From: an uncultured Syntrophaceae bacterium
Lineage (GTDB): Bacteria; Desulfobacterota; Syntrophia; Syntrophales; Fen-1087
Assembly: GCA_964460245.1 (NCBI GenBank)
Contig: CAYWTL010000003.1
Location: 1-61,520 of the forward strand
Direction: 5' to 3'
Length of the DNA: 61,520 nucleotides
Part shown: piece by piece, positions 11,430 to 20,612 of the stretch
Layout of the letters: each line of letters begins with the position of its first letter
How positions within the stretch are numbered: the stretch's first letter is position 1
Translations under genes and position numbers: made by a program
The notes under the pieces: generated by a model
The model's input: only the letters and a program-made list of their open reading frames with translations
Told to the model about the DNA's origin: nothing
Databases searched by the model: none

Positions 11430-12689
11430 TCATGATGGCTGCCGATCCCTGCAGAAGTCGCGGAAATTGTTCACCGCGACGAAGAATTCTCGCATCATGA
11501 TCACCCACTGATACCGACCCGCGGGCGTCAGGACGAAGTCGGGCGGTTCATAACGCAGTCCGCCGGCCAGCAGTAAGGCCAGGATGTCCGCCCAGAGATG
11601 CCGATAAAACTTCCCGCCGTACTTTTTTCGCATTGCCCCGGTGTCCAGCTTCATGCCGAAGAGTTTCATGAGAAAGTCGTAGCGGATGCGATCCCGGAGG
11701 CTGAAGTCCCGGGAGGCCATCAGGGGCGTCTCACCCCGTCCGGCCCGGTCGATGTATTGCCGGATGTTGAAGGTGTTCGCATAGCAGGTGCCGTTCAAAA
11801 ATCCGATGGAGCCGCTGCCCAGACCGGCATACTCGTCGTAATCGACGATATATTCGTCGATGAGGGTTCCTTTCTTGGAAAAGCACCAAGCCGATGAGAA
11901 CCGGTACGCCGGGATGAGCCCCGCAACGATCTGCCGGTAGAACTTTTCCTCCCGGCGGCTGTCCACCTGCCCGAGGGTTTTCTGGACCCTCTGCCGGGTG
12001 GCGTCCGATACCATCAGGGGATAGTAGGTGATCTGGTCCGTTCCGATATCCAGGAGCGTGTCCAGGTCGCGGCCGAGGGTCTCGGACCGCTGTGCGGGGA
12101 AATTGAAGATCATGTCGGCATTGAGGGTGTCGAAGACCCCCCGGATCCCCCTCAACCGGTCGCCGATCTCATCGCCGCTGCCGTATTTGTCGAAACGATC
12201 CATGTTCTTCAGGAGGCTGTTGTCGAAGCTTTGGACACCCACTGACAGGCGGTGCACGCCCGCCCGTTTGAGAGCGGCGATGTTTGTTTCGGTCAGGTGG
12301 TTCGGGTTGGTTTCGACGGACACCTCGCGGATGTCGAACCAATCACGGGCCGTTGTGAGGGTTTCCTCCAGTTCATCGATCAGGACGGTCGGTGTGCCGC
12401 CGCCGACGTAAATCCCCCCGAAATCGTATCCGCTTTCCCGGTAGATGCGGATTTCCCGTCGAAGCGCACGGAAGTAATCCCGGCAGAGCGTCTCGTCAAA
12501 AACGGTCCGGTTGAAGGAGCAGTAGGGGCACAGCTTTTCGCAGAAAGGGACATGAAGATAAAGCAGGCGGGGCTTTTCAACCACCGGCGGCGGGATCCGG
12601 GGGGCGGCGCCTTCTTCGAATTTCATGGCCCGCGCGAATTCGCGTCGCGCCGTCCATGTAATGATCCGGTTGATCAAGGAGATACCCAA
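11430..12689 (-). CDS. radical SAM protein, HemN/HemW-like (coproporphyrinogen-III oxidase family)
   Basis: CxxxCxxC cluster motif (FCEKLCPYCSF), then GGGTP and a HemN-like C-terminal domain. The start is uncertain: TTG at 12689 or ATG at 12626. Confidence 0.8.
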   Translation of the reverse strand: MGISLINRIITWTARREFARAMKFEEGAAPRIPPPVVEKPRLLYLHVPFCEKLCPYCSFNRTVFDETLCRDYFRALRREIRIYRESGYDFGGIYVGGGTPTVLIDELEETLTTARDWFDIREVSVETNPNHLTETNIAALKRAGVHRLSVGVQSFDNSLLKNMDRFDKYGSGDEIGDRLRGIRGVFDTLNADMIFNFPAQRSETLGRDLDTLLDIGTDQITYYPLMVSDATRQRVQKTLGQVDSRREEKFYRQIVAGLIPAYRFSSAWCFSKKGTLIDEYIVDYDEYAGLGSGSIGFLNGTCYANTFNIRQYIDRAGRGETPLMASRDFSLRDRIRYDFLMKLFGMKLDTGAMRKKYGGKFYRHLWADILALLLAGGLRYEPPDFVLTPAGRYQWVIMMREFFVAVNNFRDFCRDRQPS

Positions 12690-12802
12690 ACGAAATTTTC
12701 CGCATAGCTAACAGACCGGCGGGAAATTATCAAGGGTCATTCTCCCTTCGCCCATGCGTGCGAAGTGAGCCGGAGACAATCGGTCGCGAGGGCGGCGATC
12801 AC

Positions 12803-12831
12803 TTGAATTCGTGATGTGATGATGTTATAGA
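12803..12831 (+). promoter_or_regulatory. candidate sigma70 promoter for def
   Basis: TTGAAT (12803-12808), a 17-nt spacer, then TATAGA (12826-12831). Confidence 0.35.
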
Positions 12832-12868
12832 ACTGCGCAAATCCGTTCTGATGCGGAGGTTCATGGTC

Positions 12869-13432
12869 ATGCCCAAAAGAAAGGTTCTCGCGCTCTGGCG
12901 TGATGAGAAAATGAATGAGGAGGAGGCCCGGATCCTGAGGATGCCGTGCGCCGAGATTCCCGCGCCCTTCGACGCCGCCGGCAAGCGGGACATTCGGGTG
13001 CTGTTCGAGGCCTTCATGGAAAGGGACGACGCTTTGGGTCTGGCGGCCCCGCAGATCGGCATCAGCAGACGGGTGATCGCCTTCCGGAATAAAAATTTCG
13101 AGGAAAAGGGACGCCTGACCCGCGAGGAGGATTGCGAAGTGTTGGTCAATCCCCGGATCACGCAGACGCGGGGTGAGCCGGTGAAGGGTACGGAGGGCTG
13201 CCTGTCCTGTCCGGAAATTCAGGTCGAAATCTGCCGCTGGCCGGAAATCAAGGTCCGGGCCTTTGATCGTCACGGCCGGAAAATCAGCAAGCGGTACACC
13301 AACTTCCTTGCCCGCATCGTCCAGCACGAAATGGACCATCTGGACGGAAAGCTGATCGTGGACTATGACGGCACCGTCTACGTTCCCAAGAAAAACCGGG
13401 GCTTCTTCGACCGGTTGTTCCCGGTAAAATGA
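12869..13432 (+). CDS. def: peptide deformylase
   Basis: G.AAPQIG, EGCLSCP and HEMDH motifs. Start set to ATG 12869, 9 nt after GGAGG; the ORF opens at 12851. Confidence 0.9.
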   Translation: MPKRKVLALWRDEKMNEEEARILRMPCAEIPAPFDAAGKRDIRVLFEAFMERDDALGLAAPQIGISRRVIAFRNKNFEEKGRLTREEDCEVLVNPRITQTRGEPVKGTEGCLSCPEIQVEICRWPEIKVRAFDRHGRKISKRYTNFLARIVQHEMDHLDGKLIVDYDGTVYVPKKNRGFFDRLFPVK

Positions 13433-13435
13433 TCG

Positions 13436-14137
13436 TTAGATCGCCTTTCGCCAGGCCAGCCGCTGTTCCAACCAGCGGGAAAGCGTGGTGAAGGCAAAGC
13501 AGATCACGAAATAGACACAGGCAATAAAAAAGAATATTTCCGTGGGATAGATCATCGTCCGGTTGTTGACCTGCGTGGCCACGTGGGTCAGTTCGGAAAC
13601 CCCGACGATGAAGGCCAGCGAGGTGTCCTTGATCATGGAGACGAACTGGTTCACGAAGGAGGGGATCATGTTGCGGAGTGCCTGGGGCAGCACGACATAG
13701 ACCATTGCCTGGAAGGGTTTGAGCCCCGTCGAAAGAGCGGCCTCCGTTTGTCCCTTCGGGATTCCCTCGATTCCGGCCTGAATGATCTGGGACATGTAGG
13801 CCGAGGTGAAGAAGGTGAGTGCCATGATGACGGTCCAGCTTTCCGGCGTCGGTCCCCCCATGACCCACGGAAGCAGGAAGTACATCCAGAAAATGACCAT
13901 CAGAAGCGGAATCCCGCGTATTGCATTGACCACGGCAAGCGTCGCGTAACGGATGAGCCGGTTGCGGGAGACGCACAGTAGCCCGAGAGCCAGACCGCCC
14001 ACGAAGGAGAAGATCAGCCCCATCAGCGCGAGGTAGAGCGTCAGCATCAGCCCGCCCATCGGGCCGCTGGGGTATCGGCCGATCATAAAGTGGGTGATGT
14101 TGGTCCAGATCACGCCGAAGTCGAAGCCGGTTTCCAT
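13436..14137 (-). CDS. polar amino-acid ABC transporter permease
   Basis: 233 aa, multi-TM, HisM/GlnP-type EAA-loop region (..EAALSTGL..). Confidence 0.88.
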   Translation of the reverse strand: METGFDFGVIWTNITHFMIGRYPSGPMGGLMLTLYLALMGLIFSFVGGLALGLLCVSRNRLIRYATLAVVNAIRGIPLLMVIFWMYFLLPWVMGGPTPESWTVIMALTFFTSAYMSQIIQAGIEGIPKGQTEAALSTGLKPFQAMVYVVLPQALRNMIPSFVNQFVSMIKDTSLAFIVGVSELTHVATQVNNRTMIYPTEIFFFIACVYFVICFAFTTLSRWLEQRLAWRKAI

Positions 14138-14139
14138 GC

Positions 14140-14847
14140 CTATCGCACCCCCATGGGATTCAGGATGCGCTTGCTGTAGAGGGTCACCATCCAGGTAATC
14201 AAGAGGGAAAGTCCCAGGTAAACCAGCGTTGCCGCCGTGAAGGCCTCGAACCCCTTGAAAGTGTAGGCCTCCACCTGCCGGGCCTGATAGGTCAGTTCGG
14301 CCACGCCGATGGTCATCGCCAGCGAGGAGTTCTTGGTCAGGTTCAGAAACTGGTTGATCAGCGGCGGGATGGTCAGCCGCACGGCCTGGGGCAGGATGAT
14401 GTAATACATGGAGCGAAGGTAGGAGAAACCAGAGCTGCGCGCCGCCTCCATCTGCTCCTTCGGAATGGAACGCACACCGGAGCGGATATCCTCGGCGATA
14501 AAGGCAGAAGTGTAGATCGTCAGAGCAATGACGGCCGCGGCAAATTCGAAATTCATGCTGTTGAGCCAGTCATTCGCCGCTGTCGGAAGGATCTTGTAGG
14601 AACCGAAATACCAGAAGAAGATCTGGACCAGCAGAGGTGTGTTGCGGAAAAACTCCAGATAGGCGTGGGAAAACCACAGGAGCGGCCTGACGTTGCTCAT
14701 CCGCAGAACAGCGATCAGCAGGCCGAGGAGAAAGGAGAGGACCACCGATATGGCGGAAAGCTCCAGAGTAACCCTCAGTCCGGAGACCAGCCAGTCAAAA
14801 TACTGCCCGGAGGTTATGACAGACCAGTCAAACTTGTAGTTCAGCAC
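14140..14847 (-). CDS. polar amino-acid ABC transporter permease
   Basis: 235 aa, a paralogue of the adjacent permease (..EAARSSGFS..). Confidence 0.88.
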   Translation of the reverse strand: MLNYKFDWSVITSGQYFDWLVSGLRVTLELSAISVVLSFLLGLLIAVLRMSNVRPLLWFSHAYLEFFRNTPLLVQIFFWYFGSYKILPTAANDWLNSMNFEFAAAVIALTIYTSAFIAEDIRSGVRSIPKEQMEAARSSGFSYLRSMYYIILPQAVRLTIPPLINQFLNLTKNSSLAMTIGVAELTYQARQVEAYTFKGFEAFTAATLVYLGLSLLITWMVTLYSKRILNPMGVR

Positions 14848-14865
14848 GTTAAAATCGATCCCGAT

Positions 14866-14910
14866 GAAAGCGGTCCTATCCCGGCACAGCGCCGAAACAG
14901 GACCGCTTTC
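14866..14910 (-). other. intercistronic perfect 12-bp stem-loop between the binding-protein and permease genes
   Basis: GAAAGCGGTCCT (14866-14877) pairs perfectly with AGGACCGCTTTC (14899-14910). The 21-nt loop contains an inner CGGC/GCCG hairpin. A T-run follows on the plus strand. Confidence 0.6.
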
Positions 14911-14988
14911 TCTTTTTTCGCTTTTGCCGGAAACATCACATCCGCCTTCACAGGCAGAGGCGCTGTTTCACGCACACCTGGCATAACG

Positions 14989-15801
14989 CTACTGGGCCTT
15001 GATCCTGAAGGTCCGCTGCAGCGGTGTGTCCGTCTTGGGGCCAAACCATTTCGTGAAGATTTTCGCCGCTTCGCCGCTCTTCTCCATCTCCAGGAGCGTC
15101 GCATTGACGAAATCGAGCAGCGCCTTGTCCCCCTTGCGGATGCCCAGTCCGTAGGGTTCGTCGGATATCCGGATATCCGGAATCTCGAAGGCCTCTTTGT
15201 TCGGCGCCTTGCCGAGAAGCCCCGCCAGCATCGATTCGTCCGTCGTCACAGCCACAACCTTGCCCTGCTGCAGGGCCAAGAAGGCCGACGGATAGTCGTC
15301 GAAAGACAGGATCGTTGCGGAGGGAACGGCCTTTTTCACGTTCTGCTCAGAGGTGGACCCCTTTGCCGTTCCGATCTTCTTGCCTTCCAGGTCGGCGAGC
15401 TTTTTCACCGAACCCTTTTTCGTCAGGAACTTCTGACCCGTGAGGAAGTAGGTGTAGCTGAAGTCGATCTGTTTCGCCCGCTCCTGGGTGATCGTCATGG
15501 TGGCCGCGACGAGGTCGATATTGCCGGCCATGAGCTGGGGCATGCGGGTCGCCGAGGTAACGGCCTTGATTTCGAGCTTCACGCCCATCCGCTTGGCGAT
15601 CGCCTTGCAGAAATCGACGTCGTACCCGATGATCGCCCGGGTTTTTTCATCGATGAAACCGAAGGGCGGAGCGGAATCTTTCACACCCGCAACCAGCACA
15701 CCCTTCTTCTTGATTTCAGCCAGGGTATCGCCCGCCCAGGCCGCCCCTTCCAAACCTGCCGCAAACACCAGTGCCAAAAAAAAGATCCCGAATTTCCTCA
15801 T
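14989..15801 (-). CDS. amino-acid ABC transporter substrate-binding protein
   Basis: 270 aa with a signal peptide (FFLALVFAAGLEGAAWA) and a family-3 periplasmic binding fold. Confidence 0.88.
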   Translation of the reverse strand: MRKFGIFFLALVFAAGLEGAAWAGDTLAEIKKKGVLVAGVKDSAPPFGFIDEKTRAIIGYDVDFCKAIAKRMGVKLEIKAVTSATRMPQLMAGNIDLVAATMTITQERAKQIDFSYTYFLTGQKFLTKKGSVKKLADLEGKKIGTAKGSTSEQNVKKAVPSATILSFDDYPSAFLALQQGKVVAVTTDESMLAGLLGKAPNKEAFEIPDIRISDEPYGLGIRKGDKALLDFVNATLLEMEKSGEAAKIFTKWFGPKTDTPLQRTFRIKAQ

Positions 15802-15826
15802 ACTGAATTACCTCCTTGTTTGAATG

Positions 15827-16561
15827 TTATTGCATCGGTGACAGAATTTCCTTCAGGAAGAGCTTGGCCCTTTCATGCCGGGGGTTCCTGAAGAACTCCT
15901 CGGGCGGCGCCTCTTCCAGAATCACGCCAAAGTCGATAAAGGCCACGCGGTCAGCCACTTCCCGGGCAAAACCCATCTCGTGGGTGACCACAATCAGGGT
16001 CATGCCTGTATGGGCCAGGCCCTGCATGACCTGGAGCACCTCCCCGATCATCTCCGGGTCGAGCGCCGATGTCGGTTCGTCGAAAAGCATGATTTTGGGC
16101 TTCATGGCGAGCCCCCGGGCAATGGCGACCCGCTGCTGCTGCCCGCCGGAGAGCTGCGACGGGTAGGCGTCCCGCTTCTCGGCGAGGCCGACCCGCTCCA
16201 GGAGGGCCGTCGCCTGTTCCTCCGCTTCTTTTTTCTGGAGCTTTCTGATCTTGATCGGCGCCAGGGTGATGTTCTTGAGGACGCTCAGATGGGGATAGAG
16301 GTTGAACTGCTGGAAGACGAATCCGATCTCGGCGCGGAGCTGGTTGATATCGGTTTTCGGATCGGAAATATCTTTCCCGTCCACAACCAGCTTTCCCTTA
16401 TGAATGGGTTCGAGCTTGTTGATGGCACGGATCAGGGTGGATTTTCCGGAACCGGAGGGGCCGCACACGACGACCACCTCTCCCTGCTTGACCCGGAGGT
16501 TGACATCGTTCAGGACGTGCAGATCTTTAAACCATTTGTGAACTCCGTGAAACTGGATCAT
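15827..16561 (-). CDS. amino-acid ABC transporter ATP-binding protein
   Basis: Walker [10 protein letters not shown], signature [13 protein letters not shown], Walker [12 protein letters not shown]. Start trimmed to ATG 16561 (MIQFHGV..). Confidence 0.92.
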   Translation of the reverse strand: MIQFHGVHKWFKDLHVLNDVNLRVKQGEVVVVCGPSGSGKSTLIRAINKLEPIHKGKLVVDGKDISDPKTDINQLRAEIGFVFQQFNLYPHLSVLKNITLAPIKIRKLQKKEAEEQATALLERVGLAEKRDAYPSQLSGGQQQRVAIARGLAMKPKIMLFDEPTSALDPEMIGEVLQVMQGLAHTGMTLIVVTHEMGFAREVADRVAFIDFGVILEEAPPEEFFRNPRHERAKLFLKEILSPMQ

Positions 16562-16828
16562 GAACGGCTCCCGTTCGTCGGGTTGATCTTTCGAATTCGC
16601 GAGGACCTGCCTATACAGCACATTTCGCAAAAGATCAATGCAATTCCTGCAAATCGGTTGACTGCATTCCAATCCAGGCAAGGATCGCGCTCCGTCTCGC
16701 ATACGCTTTTCCGCCTTGAAATCTCCCGGCGTTTATAGTACCCATGAAGACAATGGGGTGTATCCCGCGTCCGGTCCCCGTAGGCGGGCGCGGAACGATG
16801 GCCAATCAGACACTCAAGGAGATGCCCG

Positions 16829-17152
16829 ATGCTGAAAGTTCAATGCGCGGACTGCGGGAGGTCCTTCATCTGGACGGATGAAATGCCCCTGACGGGAAAA
16901 TGCCCCACTGTGGACTGCGAGTGGATCTATGACGTTCGCCGGGAACTGAAAAAAAGCGTCACGAGGCGGGAAGACGAGGCGCACCATGTCATTCGCTGTC
17001 CCCGCTGCAACGAGCCCGTTGCCGCGAAAGTGACGGTCTGCGAACACTGCGGTGAAGTGATCATCGGCTCGAGAACCTTCAAGAAAAAATACCTGTTGCT
17101 TGCCGTGGCGGTTGCGCTCATCGTTCTGTCCCTGGTGTTCTACTCCCGTTGA
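16829..17152 (+). CDS. hypothetical double zinc-ribbon protein with C-terminal TM anchor
   Basis: 107 aa with four CxxC-type pairs (CADC, CPTVDC, CPRC, CEHC) and a terminal helix LLLAVAVALIVLSLVF. AAGGAG SD lies 8 nt upstream. Confidence 0.6.
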   Translation: MLKVQCADCGRSFIWTDEMPLTGKCPTVDCEWIYDVRRELKKSVTRREDEAHHVIRCPRCNEPVAAKVTVCEHCGEVIIGSRTFKKKYLLLAVAVALIVLSLVFYSR

Positions 17153-17200
17153 CGGCCGCTTCCGCATCAACATCCGTAATGTGTTTTTCCGGAGAAGATC

Positions 17201-18322
17201 ATGAAAAGAACGCCCCTTTATGACCGCCATGTCGCGCTGGGAGCGAAAATGATCGATTTTGGCGGCTGGGAGATGCCGGTTCAATACACCGGCGTCATCG
17301 AAGAGCATCACGCCACTCGAACCGGCGCGGGTCTCTTCGACATCTGCCACATGGGAGAGATCGAAATCAGGGGCCCGCAGGCGCTGGATCTCCTGCAGAG
17401 GGTGATGAGCCGCAACCTGAACAGGCAGGAGACCGGCCAGATGAAGCTCAGTGTCCTGACCAACGAGCAGGGCGGGATCATCGATGACGTGACGGTCTAC
17501 AAACTGGCCGAGGACCGCTATTGGGTCGTCACGAACGCGGCCACGAAGGACAAGGATCTCCGGTGGATTCAGCACCAGATGCAGGAGGGAGCCTTTGCCG
17601 GAGCGGACATTGTCGACCGGACGGATGAGCTCGGCAAGATCGATTTGCAGGGTCCCCGGGCGCAGCGCATCCTTCAATCGCAAGCGGATGCGGATCCGGG
17701 GACTTTAAAATTCTATCACGCCATGCAGGCGACGGTGGCCGGAGTTCCCTCTCTGGTTTCACACAGCGGGTATACCGGCGAGGACGGCTTTGAGATTTAC
17801 GCAGACAGCCGCCGGATCGGGACCGTCTGGGACGGACTGATGGAAGCGGGCGCCGAATCGGGATTGAAAGCCGTTGGGCTGGGTGCGCGGGACACGCTTC
17901 GCCTGGAAGCGGGCATGATGCTTTACGGCCATGAGATGTGCGAAACCATCTCACCCTACGAGGTGGTTTATGGGTGGCTGGTCGACTTGGAAAAGGATTT
18001 TGTCGGCCGTGACGCTCTGGACCGGCAAAGGAAACGCGGGGTCGCCCGCAAGCTGGTGGGTTTTGAAATGGCTGAAAGGGGCATTGCCCGGTCGGGTTAC
18101 AAGATCTTCAAATACGGCCGTGAAATCGGAGAGGTCACATCCGGCACCTTCGCCCCCACATTGAACCGGGCCGTCGGTTTTGCCTTTCTTCCCGTCCAGT
18201 ATGCGGAACCGCAAACGGAATTGGAAATCCGGATTCGGGAGCGCCCGGTCAAGGCCAGGGTGGTCACGATCCCCTTTTACAGAAAGTGCGACAAACACAT
18301 TTTTTACAATGTCTTTATCTGA
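17201..18322 (+). CDS. gcvT: glycine cleavage system aminomethyltransferase (T protein)
   Basis: 373 aa, MKRTPLYD.H..LGAKM.DFGGWEMPVQY, typical of GcvT. Confidence 0.94.
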   Translation: MKRTPLYDRHVALGAKMIDFGGWEMPVQYTGVIEEHHATRTGAGLFDICHMGEIEIRGPQALDLLQRVMSRNLNRQETGQMKLSVLTNEQGGIIDDVTVYKLAEDRYWVVTNAATKDKDLRWIQHQMQEGAFAGADIVDRTDELGKIDLQGPRAQRILQSQADADPGTLKFYHAMQATVAGVPSLVSHSGYTGEDGFEIYADSRRIGTVWDGLMEAGAESGLKAVGLGARDTLRLEAGMMLYGHEMCETISPYEVVYGWLVDLEKDFVGRDALDRQRKRGVARKLVGFEMAERGIARSGYKIFKYGREIGEVTSGTFAPTLNRAVGFAFLPVQYAEPQTELEIRIRERPVKARVVTIPFYRKCDKHIFYNVFI

Positions 18323-18339
18323 TCTGAAGGGAGCCTGAC

Positions 18340-18738
18340 ATGTCCAAGAAAAACCCGGTCGACCGGAAATATTCCAAGGATCACGAATGGGCGCGGGATG
18401 ATGGAGACGGGGCGGTCACCGTCGGTATCACGGATTACGCTCAGGAGATGCTGACGGACATCGTTTTCGTGGAATTGCCAACTGTCGGGAAGGTTGTTAG
18501 ACAGATGGACCCATTCGCCGTGGTGGAGTCTGTCAAATCCGTTTCCGATGTCTATGCCCCGGTCGGAGGTGAGGTGATCCAGGTCAATACGAACCTGGAA
18601 ACCCGGCCGGAGCTGGTCAATCAGGATGCCTTCGGCGAGGGATGGATTGCCCGGATTCGAATGCATCAGCCGGAAGATCTGCAGGGGCTGATGGACGCCG
18701 CCGCTTACGAGGCGCTGATCCGGGAAGAGAAGCAATAG
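18340..18738 (+). CDS. gcvH: glycine cleavage system H protein
   Basis: 132 aa with lipoyl-lysine motif VESVKSVSDVYAP. Confidence 0.94.
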   Translation: MSKKNPVDRKYSKDHEWARDDGDGAVTVGITDYAQEMLTDIVFVELPTVGKVVRQMDPFAVVESVKSVSDVYAPVGGEVIQVNTNLETRPELVNQDAFGEGWIARIRMHQPEDLQGLMDAAAYEALIREEKQ

Positions 18739-18770
18739 ACCATGTGAAAGCGCGGAGAAGGAACCGTCCG

Positions 18771-20096
18771 ATGGATTACACCCCCCATACCCCGGAAGAA
18801 ATCAAACGGATGATGAGCGCCATCGGCATCGCCTCGGTGGAGGCGCTTTTTGCGGACATTCCAGAGAAATACAGGCTGAATCGTCTGTTGGATCTGCCGC
18901 CGCCCTCGTCCGAACAGGAAATTTCAGGGCTGATGAAGGACTTTGCCGCCCGGAACCTTGTTCCTTCAGTCATCCTGAAAGGTGCGGGCGCCTACCATCA
19001 CTACATTCCCGCCGTGGTTGGGCATGTGATTTCGCGCTCCGAATTCTACACTGCCTATACCCCATACCAGGCTGAAATCAGCCAGGGCATCCTCCAGGCC
19101 ATCTATGAATACCAGACCATGATTGCCGGGCTGACGGGCATGCAGGTGGCCAATGCATCCATGTACGACGGCGCTTCCGCGATGGCGGAAGCGGCCGTGC
19201 TCGCCGCCAAAACACTGAACCGCAACCGCATCGCTGTCCTGCGCTCCGTCCATCCCGAATACCGGCAGGTGCTGAAAACGTATGCCTGGTCCAACGGATA
19301 TGAAGTGCTTGATATTCCCCACGGGCCGAGCGGACAACTGGATCGTAAGGCTCTCGCGGAGAGTGTCGATCGGCAAACGGCGGCCGTTCTGGTTCAGTCG
19401 CCCAATTTCTTCGGTGTCATTGAGGATACGGCCGCGATCGCAGCTCTCGTCCACGATCAGGGCGCATTGCTGGTTTCCGGCTTTGCAGAAGCCACCTCGC
19501 TGGGGATCCTGAAACCGCCCGGCGAGATGGGGGCGGATTTTGTGGTCGGGGAAGGACAGGCTTTCGGCAACCCCCTGAACTACGGCGGGCCCTACCTGGG
19601 AATCTTTGCCGCCACCGAGAAGTTCCTGCGGAAGATTCCCGGCCGTCTTGCGGGGGCAACCGTCGATCAGGAGGGGAAGCGCGGTTACGTCCTGACCCTG
19701 CAGACGAGAGAGCAGCACATCCGGCGGGAGAGGGCTACATCCAACATCTGCTCCAACGAGGCGCTCTGCGCCCTCGCTGCCGCCGTCTATCTCGTCAGTC
19801 TGGGGAAGAATCTCAGAAAACTGGCGGTCCTCAACGTTCGGAAAACTCAGTATCTGATGAAACGGCTGCTGCAAATTCCGGGATGGCAGCCGATTTTTAC
19901 AGGCCCGGTCTACAACGAGTTCGCTGTCCGCTGCCCGGACCCTCAGGCGGCCAACCGGAAGCTGCAGGGGGAGGGAATCATCGGTGGGTATGAGCTGGGG
20001 AAGGATTACCCGGAGTGGGAGGATGGTCTCCTCATCTGCGCCACGGAAATGCTGGCAAAAGAAGACATGGACCGCGTGGCAGAAATTCTGAGTTGA
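18771..20096 (+). CDS. gcvPA: glycine dehydrogenase (decarboxylating) subunit 1
   Basis: Starts MDYTPHTPEE.., GcvPA-like throughout. Start trimmed from 18642 to ATG 18771. Confidence 0.92.
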   Translation: MDYTPHTPEEIKRMMSAIGIASVEALFADIPEKYRLNRLLDLPPPSSEQEISGLMKDFAARNLVPSVILKGAGAYHHYIPAVVGHVISRSEFYTAYTPYQAEISQGILQAIYEYQTMIAGLTGMQVANASMYDGASAMAEAAVLAAKTLNRNRIAVLRSVHPEYRQVLKTYAWSNGYEVLDIPHGPSGQLDRKALAESVDRQTAAVLVQSPNFFGVIEDTAAIAALVHDQGALLVSGFAEATSLGILKPPGEMGADFVVGEGQAFGNPLNYGGPYLGIFAATEKFLRKIPGRLAGATVDQEGKRGYVLTLQTREQHIRRERATSNICSNEALCALAAAVYLVSLGKNLRKLAVLNVRKTQYLMKRLLQIPGWQPIFTGPVYNEFAVRCPDPQAANRKLQGEGIIGGYELGKDYPEWEDGLLICATEMLAKEDMDRVAEILS

Positions 20097-20162
20097 ATGT
20101 CCGTCAGCCCTCACCGCCGAGCCGGGATCGCGAGATCACTTCGCTGTAAAGAAAATCATTCT

Positions 20163-20209
20163 AGAAAAAAAGAAAGCCCCATCCCTTGGCCATCCGCGGA
20201 ACGGGGCTT
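20163..20209 (-). terminator. Rho-independent terminator after the H1-like gene
   Basis: Minus strand forms AAGCCCC...GGGGCUU, extendable with GGA/UCC, followed by UUUCUUUUUUUCUAG. Confidence 0.55.
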
Positions 20210-20249
20210 AAAATTGCATCTGATCTGGACGTCAGAAACGGCGCCGTAG

Positions 20250-20516
20250 CTATTTTTTTGCCCGGGCTGCTTTCTTGACTGCCGTTTTCTTTACGGCTGC
20301 CTTTGCCGGTGCTGCTTTTTTCGCGGCAGGCTTTTTTGCCGCGGCTGCTTTTGCCGCCGGTTTGGCCTTCGCTTTTGCCGGAGCTGCTTTCTTTGCGGCT
20401 GCCTTTGCCGGCACTGCTTTTTTCACGGCAGGCTTTTTTGCCGCGGCTGCTTTTGCCGCCGGTTTGGCCTTCGCTTTTTTCGGGACCGCTTTTACAGCTT
20501 TCTTTGCAATTGCCAT
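20250..20516 (-). CDS. histone H1-like Lys/Ala-rich DNA-binding protein (no signal peptide)
   Basis: MAIAKKAVKAVPKKAKAKPAAKAAAAKKPA.. about 88 aa. Start at ATG 20516 with GGAGG about 10 nt upstream; the ORF track starts at 20567. Confidence 0.75.
   Translation of the reverse strand: MAIAKKAVKAVPKKAKAKPAAKAAAAKKPAVKKAVPAKAAAKKAAPAKAKAKPAAKAAAAKKPAAKKAAPAKAAVKKTAVKKAARAKK
20300..20478. repeat. in-frame tandem duplication inside the H1-like gene (102-bp period)
   Basis: The 52-nt string ggcaggcttttttgccgcggctgcttttgccgccggtttggccttcgctttt occurs identically at 20325-20376 and 20427-20478. The flanks are similar back to 20300 and 20402. Confidence 0.9.
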
Positions 20517-20580
20517 TTGTGACGCCTCCTTTGTTGAATTTGTGCTTGTTTCAAACGGCCGAATCACCCTTCCTTCTTCT

Positions 20581-20608
20581 ATTATACATGCAAAAATATT
20601 TTTATCAA
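20581..20608 (-). promoter_or_regulatory. near-consensus sigma70 promoter for the H1-like gene
   Basis: Minus strand reads TTGATA (20608-20603), a 16-nt AT-rich spacer ending in TG, then TATAAT (20586-20581). Confidence 0.5.
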
Positions 20609-20612
20609 GAAA

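Noticed and set aside
16562-17200. Glycine riboswitch upstream of gcvT.
   Set aside because: No ACCGAAGG/GGAGAG conserved cores were found. Most of the interval is taken by a plausible zinc-ribbon CDS, leaving only 48 nt before gcvT.
20097-20249. The 50-codon ORF starting right after the gcvPA stop as a candidate gcvPB.
   Set aside because: The translation (MSVSPHRRAGIARSLRCKENH...) has no GcvPB features, runs through the terminator hairpin and is far too short.
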